Shown piece after piece: positions 9,349 to 16,527 of a stretch of 24,489 nt of DNA. The stretch covers positions 1 through 24,489 of IMG/VR virus record IMGVR_UViG_3300036814_000666; one strand, written 5' to 3'. Source of the DNA: a virus. Its lineage: Duplodnaviria; Caudoviricetes. The position numbers and the translations under genes are program-made. Numbering within the stretch: position 1 is the first letter of the stretch; each line of letters starts with the position of its first letter. A model generated the notes under the pieces. The model ran no database searches and was not told the DNA's origin. It saw only the letters and a program-made list of their open reading frames with translations.

Positions 9349-9770
9349 TTTCCCGCGTCTGTCTCAGTAACAGAGTTCACCCCAGTTATTTGCTCAGATA
9401 ACTCCCGTATCAGCTCTACTGGGAGGATATCCATGCACGCCGGGGCCACGACCGCCATCATTACACCGGCCACTTCTTCCGACACCGTGTGAAACGGTAT
9501 GTCGCCCCCAGAGGTATCTTTGAAATTCTTCCACCCACGCAGCCCGATGCGAGTTGTCTCATAGGCAGATGAAAACGGGGCGAACGTTGCCGATATTTCC
9601 CCATCCTTATTCGTGCTGAACGACGTTGACTTGTCTCGCAAGTACGTAAGGACCCGAGAAGACAAAGTGCCCAGCACCCACACTGTCACCTCACCGTCCG
9701 TACCCTTATTCTCGTCTAAAACCGAAACAAATTCTTCTGTTGAATCTAGGCGCAAGCCTGTAATGGACAT
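9336..9770 (-). CDS. Tail assembly chaperone G, 144 aa
   Basis: SD AGGAGG upstream; RIGLRGWKNFKD..G..IPF motif; lies between tail tube and tape measure; ends in a slippery site. Confidence 0.88.
   Translation of the reverse strand: MSITGLRLDSTEEFVSVLDENKGTDGEVTVWVLGTLSSRVLTYLRDKSTSFSTNKDGEISATFAPFSSAYETTRIGLRGWKNFKDTSGGDIPFHTVSEEVAGVMMAVVAPACMDILPVELIRELSEQITGVNSVTETDAGNSDG
9348..9354 (-). other. Programmed -1 ribosomal frameshift slippery heptamer G GGA AAC
   Basis: The minus strand reads GAC GCG GGA AAC TCA GAC GGG TAG: an X XXY YYZ heptamer in the correct phase, three sense codons before the stop of the 144-aa gene. Confidence 0.88.
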
Positions 9771-9828
9771 TGGTAGTACCCTCCTAAAGTATCGGTGTGG
9801 CGTGAGACAGAGGTCCCACTATTAAAAT

Positions 9829-10029
9829 TTAGTTGTCATCACTACTGGCGTCTCGCGGACGCTTCTTAGATGGTGATTGGGGCTTGGCTAACGCCAACCA
9901 CTCTGCTGCCGACAGGGATGCCCGTACACCGTTGTACTCAACACCGATAGCCTCGGTGCCACTATCAACCGTAACTACGGGGCCTTTGGCGTTAGAAGAT
10001 GAAAATATCGTCAACTGTGAGTTTCCCAT
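9829..10029 (-). CDS. Small hypothetical protein, 66 aa
   Basis: Fills the gap after the tail tube gene (starts 4 nt after its stop) on the same strand. No recognisable family. Confidence 0.6.
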   Translation of the reverse strand: MGNSQLTIFSSSNAKGPVVTVDSGTEAIGVEYNGVRASLSAAEWLALAKPQSPSKKRPRDASSDDN

Positions 10030-10033
10030 TATC

Positions 10034-11341
10034 TTATCCTATCCAGAGTACAAACTCGTCTTCCCCCTCATTACGTACAAGGTTTGCCGAGAAAGAGCTT
10101 ACACGTGTCGCATCACGATTGGCGTAGCTGATGCCAGTGCACTGTGCGCGGGGAGCAAACATATAAACCATGTTACCGGTCGTTGTTCCTACACCTGTCA
10201 TAACGTCATGGGTGGTACCAGCTTCGTAGTACGACCAAAAATCTTGATTAGCTGTATCTTCTGTTTCCGGGTCAATTTCAAATGTCGGGGCACGTTCGGA
10301 AACCTTCGCCCCGGAATACCCATCACTCGCGGTGATATCTGTTCTGGGGACAATGGTGTTACCGCAATCCCAAGAAAACGTGTTCGCAACAATTGTTGCT
10401 GGGGCTCCGAATGAGTTGCCGCCACCAGCATTAACTCCTTTAGGGAGACTCACCGAGGCGTTTTCAATCTGCGGCGGGGTGGTTGTCTCAAAGACAGCCC
10501 CGGTAGGGACGGGGGTATTTTGGGAGCTTCCTACTGTTACGTAGTCCCCGGTGAAATCCCAATCAACGGTCCCGAATTCACCGGCATTGGCCGTTATCTG
10601 AAACGACCCGCGACACCCTGTCATTTTATGTAAGATACCATCGAAATATATGTGAATAGTTATGCTTTGACTATCCTCGTTGTCAGCGTGGTCGATAACC
10701 TTGTAGCGATTACCTGTAGTCGGCACAACGAAAGTGGCAAACCTGTCGCCCACAACAAAGTCAGTGGTGGGTGTGCCCAAAGTCAGCTCGGCGCTCTGGG
10801 GTAAAGAAATAACCCCCGCAGTATTAGCCGTGGCGTCAGAGAATGCGGCATTTCCACCTACCCCGTTACCCACTGCCGGGGCGGTAACCGTCCACTGAGA
10901 CGTGGAGTGTGTGCCCGCAGTCGTGCACTCCATAAGGCAACGTCGTGGGTACGTGCCGGTAAACGCCGTGGTTTTCGAGGTCGTGCCAGCCACCCCGGTC
11001 GGAGTACCTATCGGAATAATCTGGTCCATCAGAATCGAGTTAGTAGTTGCCGTCGATTGCGACGCGAACCCACAGGCTTTCAACAGTGAAGCCATCTTAC
11101 CTTCAGACGAAGAACCTGTCCCCTTGAGTTCAGTTTGAAACGTAATCTTAGCCAGCTTCCGGCCCATAACACCTAACTTAGGAGATTTATCTCCGGTAAT
11201 GGTGTCGCGCTCAAGAAGCGTAAACTCAGGAGAAAAGTTAGGGTCAATGGCTTCAAGCGCGTCACTAGCGGCAGTCGGGGCGGCGTCCGTCCTAAATGTC
11301 GTCTCCAGTTTCGCCAGTACTAAACCCTTGTCATAAAGCAT
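10034..11341 (-). CDS. Major tail tube protein with an internal inserted domain, 435 aa
   Basis: LAKLETTFRTDAAPT, ITFQTELKG, LLKACGF, SITIHIYFDGILHKMTGCRGSF and YANRD are motifs of siphovirus tail tube proteins. SD GGGAG upstream. Confidence 0.88.
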   Translation of the reverse strand: MLYDKGLVLAKLETTFRTDAAPTAASDALEAIDPNFSPEFTLLERDTITGDKSPKLGVMGRKLAKITFQTELKGTGSSSEGKMASLLKACGFASQSTATTNSILMDQIIPIGTPTGVAGTTSKTTAFTGTYPRRCLMECTTAGTHSTSQWTVTAPAVGNGVGGNAAFSDATANTAGVISLPQSAELTLGTPTTDFVVGDRFATFVVPTTGNRYKVIDHADNEDSQSITIHIYFDGILHKMTGCRGSFQITANAGEFGTVDWDFTGDYVTVGSSQNTPVPTGAVFETTTPPQIENASVSLPKGVNAGGGNSFGAPATIVANTFSWDCGNTIVPRTDITASDGYSGAKVSERAPTFEIDPETEDTANQDFWSYYEAGTTHDVMTGVGTTTGNMVYMFAPRAQCTGISYANRDATRVSSFSANLVRNEGEDEFVLWIG

Positions 11342-11389
11342 ATGTTATTATCTCCCGTGAAGCCGTGTAAGGGGGGCCACAGATACCCA

Positions 11390-11402
11390 TACTGTAGCAT
11401 AC
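11390..11402 (-). promoter_or_regulatory. Putative extended -10 promoter (GTATGCTACAGTA) upstream of the tail tube gene
   Basis: Matches TRTGnTAnnnT. 12 of 13 nt are identical to the motif at 18183-18195. Lies in an 80-nt intergenic gap. Confidence 0.6.
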
Positions 11403-11421
11403 AGCAGCCAGACCGGCTAGT

Positions 11422-11895
11422 TTATATCACTAGAGTAGGGTCCGCCAAAGCGTGCCGATAGGTAATTAAAAACACAAGCCTACCCATTAACTGCCTGTCG
11501 TACTCGCTGTCTACCATCAGGTCATTTGAAACCTCAACAATATTTACCGCCTTCCCTTCTAAAGGGGGCGTCTCGGTTGTAGAAAAGAGGGCCGACCGAG
11601 CTTTTTTCTGTATCTCCCCCAGCACTGTGTTGGCAACCGTGGATGGGTTGTCAGCTATATCCGCCATTGCCCAGAACATAAACGCCACGGTGAGCGAACA
11701 GTGTACTTGCCGGGTCTTGGCCTCCTTCTCCTCCGCTTCATCCATAATCGACAGGGCGTACTGCTTACGCCGGTCTTTAACTGCCAAGGGCGAACGGGTA
11801 ACCGCAGACCACGTAATGGTATACGGAGATACTGCCGTGCCGGTAAAATGAGTTACCAACGCATCAAGAATTTGCTCTCGAACGGTAGCTGGCAT
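11422..11895 (-). CDS. Tail terminator / tail completion protein, 157 aa
   Basis: Starts TVREQILDAL and ends F.ITYRH...DP. Directly precedes the tail tube gene. Confidence 0.78.
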   Translation of the reverse strand: MPATVREQILDALVTHFTGTAVSPYTITWSAVTRSPLAVKDRRKQYALSIMDEAEEKEAKTRQVHCSLTVAFMFWAMADIADNPSTVANTVLGEIQKKARSALFSTTETPPLEGKAVNIVEVSNDLMVDSEYDRQLMGRLVFLITYRHALADPTLVI

Positions 11896-12590
11896 TACAT
11901 TTTACGCAGGACTCCACGATACCAGTCCAGCATAACTCTATCTATAAAGGTTGTTTTGTGCGATATAAGGGTATCATGTAAGCCTAGTCGTGGGGGTATG
12001 CGCACCTCGTCCTTCAGCACGTACAAATTTTCCAACTGGTCATCCACAAGGTGGGCTATCAGGCGATGCCCGTTTTTTGATGTGTAAATAAACGTATTTG
12101 GCCAATGCCGAGCCGACTCACGTTTGGGTGTCCCGTCTGCCTTTAGAGCCGGAGGAAGGGGCACGGTCAGGGCCGAGGCGCGTACCGGACGCAGGACCCC
12201 GCCAAACTCATGCGTTTTAAGATAGGACATGCCGCCGATAAACCCCATTACTTTATCTGGAGTGTTAGACGTTTTAACCCTAACGCTATCCGCTATAGAC
12301 CGCATCCCGAGCCCGCTACGTACAGAAAGAGTCTGGGCAGATGTGCCGGTGGGGTACGGCCTCCCGTGACGCATCTGCATAGCCCTTGCGGCTGTGCGCA
12401 GGTATCGCCCCAAATGGTCAGCAATTACTTTGGCCCCGACTGCTTTATAAGCGGTTTTATGGCTCTTGGCGAAAGCGTCCAGCCCACGTCCAATATCCTT
12501 CCATCTCCGATTACGGAACGTAAAAGTGATAGTGGTCTTTTTGTTTTTACCACTCGCCTTGCCCCCACCTATGTACGAATTTGAGGCCAT
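11895..12590 (-). CDS. Neck / virion morphogenesis protein (HK97 gp10 / Mu gpG-like, Ne1), 231 aa
   Basis: Basic protein with LSVRSG..M.SI, THEFGG and YVLKDEVRIPPRL. TAATG-coupled to the tail terminator gene. Confidence 0.75.
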   Translation of the reverse strand: MASNSYIGGGKASGKNKKTTITFTFRNRRWKDIGRGLDAFAKSHKTAYKAVGAKVIADHLGRYLRTAARAMQMRHGRPYPTGTSAQTLSVRSGLGMRSIADSVRVKTSNTPDKVMGFIGGMSYLKTHEFGGVLRPVRASALTVPLPPALKADGTPKRESARHWPNTFIYTSKNGHRLIAHLVDDQLENLYVLKDEVRIPPRLGLHDTLISHKTTFIDRVMLDWYRGVLRKM

Positions 12591-12592
12591 TC

Positions 12593-13546
12593 TCAGTATT
12601 CGTACCAGACTGTCGGGGCAGTGGTCCCAAGGTCATCGTAAAACGTAAAGGTGTCCCCCGATAAGGTGTACTGGTTAGAGGCGGTCAGTGCAGCAACTTT
12701 GTCCAGCACCATATTGCCCCAGACCACGATGGGAGAATTCGTAGGTGTATAGGCAGACTGCCATACGGTTCCGCTGACACGCGACAACGATTCACCAGAT
12801 GCCGCCGTAGTAGTATCAAGGGTGTACAGGGAGCCTTCAGTTGTAATGGGCCGCAGTGAATACGGCTCGTACCGTATATGAGGATTGATAAGCATAGAAA
12901 CAGCTTCATGTATGTACGACAACTCTCCTTGCTCACGCGCCTCAGTGCGTAGAATAGGGTTAGCCTCCAATGAAATTATGGCCCGCAGCTCCGCCGCTTC
13001 CGTCAACCAGCTTGGTACTTGAGATGCCTTGTACTGGGCTGTATCTACCGTATCCGTCTCAAACCCAGCTTCGTAGGTAATACGGACGTAGTAGTTAGCA
13101 AGGTCGATATCGACAATATTGAATAGGCCCCTCTCGTAATCATAAATTACATAGTCGGTGAGGGCGTAATCGTGGGAGCTGGAAGCCCCTATGGTGTGTA
13201 CACTGGGAGTCCCAGTCACATTAAAATTAGACAGCTTAGATGTAAATTTTATTAGGGGGGATGAATTCGATGCAACCATCCCCCTCGTCAGATAAAACCG
13301 GGTGCGGAAAACAGGCCAATCTGAACTGGTCCCCCATGCATTTACTGCCGGATTTCCGGTAGACCGGCGTACAAAATACGTGTCCGTCAGAGCCGTGTTA
13401 TCGAACGATGTTCGTAACTCGTTATCCAGCCACTGGGTGGCCCCTGTAAGAGCGACACCAATAGCCGCGTCCACATCAGTCATGGCGTCATAGCCTAAAC
13501 GACTACGGACAGCGGCAACTGTAGAAAGTCGTTTAGTCGAAGCCAT
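12593..13546 (-). CDS. Head-tail adaptor (gp6/Ad1-like) with a C-terminal extension, 317 aa
   Basis: LSTVAAVRSRLG...AAI..AL..AT.WL at the N-terminus; VRITYEAGF....VPSWLTEAA motif; lies downstream of the capsid gene. Confidence 0.8.
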   Translation of the reverse strand: MASTKRLSTVAAVRSRLGYDAMTDVDAAIGVALTGATQWLDNELRTSFDNTALTDTYFVRRSTGNPAVNAWGTSSDWPVFRTRFYLTRGMVASNSSPLIKFTSKLSNFNVTGTPSVHTIGASSSHDYALTDYVIYDYERGLFNIVDIDLANYYVRITYEAGFETDTVDTAQYKASQVPSWLTEAAELRAIISLEANPILRTEAREQGELSYIHEAVSMLINPHIRYEPYSLRPITTEGSLYTLDTTTAASGESLSRVSGTVWQSAYTPTNSPIVVWGNMVLDKVAALTASNQYTLSGDTFTFYDDLGTTAPTVWYEY

Positions 13547-13553
13547 AGACTAC

Positions 13554-13559
13554 ACTATA
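13554..13559 (-). promoter_or_regulatory. Putative -10 box TATAGT for a leaderless transcript of the adaptor gene
   Basis: TATAGT-gtagtct-ATG (7-nt spacer) in a 16-nt intergenic gap that has no SD. Confidence 0.45.
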
Positions 13560-13562
13560 TCG

Positions 13563-13853
13563 CTATATCTCGATTCCGTCATCAGACGGCGTGGCTTCTT
13601 TCTTTTTTATTGTGACCCCGCCCTTCTTTTTACCGCTTACAGAAGACAGTTTGCGGGACCCCCCGGTCTTCTCAAACTTCTGGGGGTACTCACGTACAGC
13701 GTAATCAGCCTGTGTAACCAGTACCTCGGCTTGCACCCCAGCGCCCCACTTCACCCCAAATAAATCCATGTACCCCAAGTGATTTGATACCGCCGGGCCA
13801 ACGTACTTCAACGCACATGTAGGCCCAAGGGGGTTAGTACTAGATTCATCCAT
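13563..13853 (-). CDS. Small hypothetical head-associated protein, about 96 aa
   Basis: The start is moved from 13871 to ATG 13853 (MDESSTNP), which has GGAGG 9 nt upstream. Lys-rich C-terminus, as is common for genes directly after capsid genes. Confidence 0.7.
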   Translation of the reverse strand: MDESSTNPLGPTCALKYVGPAVSNHLGYMDLFGVKWGAGVQAEVLVTQADYAVREYPQKFEKTGGSRKLSSVSGKKKGGVTIKKKEATPSDDGIEI

Positions 13854-13869
13854 TTCAAATTGCCTCCAC

Positions 13870-13906
13870 AAAAGAGGGGTGAGCCAGATTTACCCGGCCC
13901 ACCCCT
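13870..13906 (-). terminator. Intrinsic terminator after the major capsid gene
   Basis: AGGGGTGGGCCGG-GTAAAT-CTGGCTCACCCCT-CTTTT: a 13-bp stem with two G-U pairs and a short U tract, about 35 nt after the capsid stop. Confidence 0.8.
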
Positions 13907-13939
13907 GTTACAGTCACCGCATTAGACAACTACTGAGGA

Positions 13940-15010
13940 CTAGGCGCTAACCCCAATTCCCTTCATGTAAATCGTAGCGTCAACCTCTTCGATTGCAAAC
14001 GCCACCCGGCTACTCACGACAATGATAAACTCCCGTGCGCGTATATCCTTGTCGTACTCAAATGTGAGCTTGCGCTGCACACCCATTATCAGGTTCAGCG
14101 GGTCACAGAACAACCCGTTAGCCGCTGGCATCAGAGCCACCGGCTCCACCGGTACTCCGAAAGCCCGGACCGCATCATTGCCTTCAACCATGCGGTCACC
14201 GAGGGCGTCCACGCGGTTACCAAGCGAATTTCGGTAGTTGATTTCTTGGTCTATCGACAAGAAGAACTTCATGTCCGCCCGGTTTCGCAAGTACTGCGTC
14301 GGCATTGCCTGCAAGGCTTTGCGGAACAGCTCTTTATTTATCTCACCGAGGTCATAGATAGTACCGGTGGTACCAGCATACGCCGTTGACGTGTTCGGGA
14401 TGTAACCCTCGGCGTTGGCCGTAAAGTCAATCTGCGTGCTATCAGCAACGCCATTGTCCTTCGCCTGCTCCAAGAACCCATCCTGCAAAGCCAGATAGGC
14501 GTCACCGCTGGCGGTGTCCCCGAGAAGAGCCAGCTCCTCAAGGTCAAGGGCAGCTCTCTCGGCTATCAGCGACAGGATTGTATCCTGTATGCCCCCAGCT
14601 CTGGGGCCGCCTGTACCAGTAGGGCCGCCAGCCGACGTGTTGCCGCGCTCAATGTTGTCCTCGATAACGTCATAGGGGAGATGGACTTCAGCCATTACCT
14701 CTTTAGTCGTCAGGGTCACCTGCTCGGTAACAGCAGAACTTCGGTCACCTGCGGCAAGCGCCACACCGCCGGTAGTCAACGCTGCCGGGCCAGCTTTCAT
14801 AATGCGCGACCCAAAACCGATTTTGTTTATCTGGCGAGTCGGGGAATTCATTTCCACCGTGCGAATCTGCCGCAGCAAAGTCGGCTGGTCAATAAGTTTA
14901 CGGACAAAAGCAGCGGCTTGCTCGTCATTGAGCAGCCCTCCCTTTGTGCCGCCCGACAGGTCCGCAAGGACCATATCGGCTTTCTGGATTATATTTTCAT
15001 TTGAAGGCAT
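13940..15010 (-). CDS. Major capsid protein, HK97 fold (PBSX XkdG-like), 356 aa
   Basis: GGLLNDEQAAAF, INKIGFGSRI, LPYDVIEDNIE, DLEELALLGDT and NLIMGVQR...EYDKDI. SD AAGGAG upstream. Confidence 0.95.
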   Translation of the reverse strand: MPSNENIIQKADMVLADLSGGTKGGLLNDEQAAAFVRKLIDQPTLLRQIRTVEMNSPTRQINKIGFGSRIMKAGPAALTTGGVALAAGDRSSAVTEQVTLTTKEVMAEVHLPYDVIEDNIERGNTSAGGPTGTGGPRAGGIQDTILSLIAERAALDLEELALLGDTASGDAYLALQDGFLEQAKDNGVADSTQIDFTANAEGYIPNTSTAYAGTTGTIYDLGEINKELFRKALQAMPTQYLRNRADMKFFLSIDQEINYRNSLGNRVDALGDRMVEGNDAVRAFGVPVEPVALMPAANGLFCDPLNLIMGVQRKLTFEYDKDIRAREFIIVVSSRVAFAIEEVDATIYMKGIGVSA

Positions 15011-15033
15011 AAGTTTTGCTCCTTATAAGGTGG

Positions 15034-16527
15034 TTAAATAACCATGCCACGCCGCCGACGACGGGTGTCGCGGGAGCTGTAGCCGGTATCAAGCATAGGG
15101 TGGTCAGATTTCTCAACCGACGCATCCAGTGCTGTCCGCGCATCTGTGGGGGTATAAGAGCCGACTACTGTCCCTTTAACAGCTTCAGTAGCCTGCGCAG
15201 CCTCCACTTCTACGGTGGTCATACGTTCTGCAACAGTGTCGTGACTTTCCTGCAACTTCTGCACCGCTACGGTTAGCGGCCCTATCTTTTCAGATATCTG
15301 AGAAGCCACCGCATCCATTAACATTTGCATGTTAGCATCAACGGTAATGGAGGTGTCTTCGTCTGAAGCCGAAACGTCATCAGCAGTCGAGTTTTCAACT
15401 GCCTCCGCCTTATCGTCTTCGGTACTACTTTGGGACACTGCTTGGGTCGTATCGTTTACTTCACCCTCACTACTCGCCACGACTTCTGTGGTATCTGTAG
15501 ATTCTTCCACCGCTGCTGCTGCAAGGGTGGGGGAATCCGTATTCTCCAACTGGCCATCGGTTTTCGTAACGTCTGTTTCAACTTGTGATTCCACAGTGCC
15601 CTCTCCATCGGAGTCCGCAGACTCCTCATCGGAGGTCTTCATAACCTCCGCGTTAATACTTAGGATACCGGAATCTATAAGTTTGTCTATGGCAAACGCG
15701 AGGGTTTGACCGAACGAGGTATCCGGGTCAAAGGGGTTAATCGGGTCAACGGGTCCATCGGTTACTTCACTATCTGTTTTTACCATGAGAGCCTCCAATT
15801 GAAATGTTGTAGATGGAACCATAGAGGCCAGCTTAGTTACGTAGTTCTTATACGCCCCTACCGCTTCCGCAATCCCTTTATGAGCGGCCTTAGCAGTGGG
15901 TGACGAGTGCATCACTGCATTTATAGTTTTAACCAGTATCGCACTAGCTAAGTGTAATCCGGGGGTAAACCCGGCCTCGCCTACATTCTCGAAAAAACTT
16001 GAGCCATATTCATACGGCACATCAACATTTGCTGTCGGGCGACCTTCATCACGGTCGTAGGTTTTCTCTACCTCATCCGATTTACGAGACTTGACCTCTT
16101 TCTCAAGGTCTACTTCATCCATTAACTGCTGGAGGTTCGGGCCATTGCTGGCAATAACAAATGAAGTACGGTCATCCACCTTCAGTATGGTACGCGGCAA
16201 ATCGGCCAATTCGTCTGGGCCAGCGCCTTCGATGGGTTGCATGTACATATATATATCAGCACCACTGCCATCGACTGTAAGCGGGTCCTCGGTGTTCAAA
16301 TTACACTGCCCCATCAACTCCATCAGCTCATCGTGACCCTCCCCCTTAACAACAGTAATAGCCTCTATCCATGCATCCGCAGAGGGCTGGGTATCTGCCC
16401 CACCGCCCTCTGTTTTCAAAACCCGAAACGGGAGGCGATTCGCACCCTTATTAACAAGGGACACAAACTCAACATCCGCATCAAATAATTCGCTGGCGTC
16501 AACCATTACAGTAGCTTTCTTTGTCAT
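15034..16527 (-). CDS. Acidic scaffold-like head assembly protein with an N-terminal XkdF-type 'VSLVNKGAN' segment, 497 aa
   Basis: Lies between protease and capsid genes. Long D/E/S/T-rich low-complexity region, coiled-coil-like C-terminal part and RRRRR tail. ATGA overlap with the protease gene. Confidence 0.72.
   Translation of the reverse strand: MTKKATVMVDASELFDADVEFVSLVNKGANRLPFRVLKTEGGGADTQPSADAWIEAITVVKGEGHDELMELMGQCNLNTEDPLTVDGSGADIYMYMQPIEGAGPDELADLPRTILKVDDRTSFVIASNGPNLQQLMDEVDLEKEVKSRKSDEVEKTYDRDEGRPTANVDVPYEYGSSFFENVGEAGFTPGLHLASAILVKTINAVMHSSPTAKAAHKGIAEAVGAYKNYVTKLASMVPSTTFQLEALMVKTDSEVTDGPVDPINPFDPDTSFGQTLAFAIDKLIDSGILSINAEVMKTSDEESADSDGEGTVESQVETDVTKTDGQLENTDSPTLAAAAVEESTDTTEVVASSEGEVNDTTQAVSQSSTEDDKAEAVENSTADDVSASDEDTSITVDANMQMLMDAVASQISEKIGPLTVAVQKLQESHDTVAERMTTVEVEAAQATEAVKGTVVGSYTPTDARTALDASVEKSDHPMLDTGYSSRDTRRRRRGMVI

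Noticed and set aside
16247-16256. (AT)5 dinucleotide run in the scaffold gene as a phase-variation site
   Set aside because: Too short, in frame (DIYM), and in a probably essential gene.
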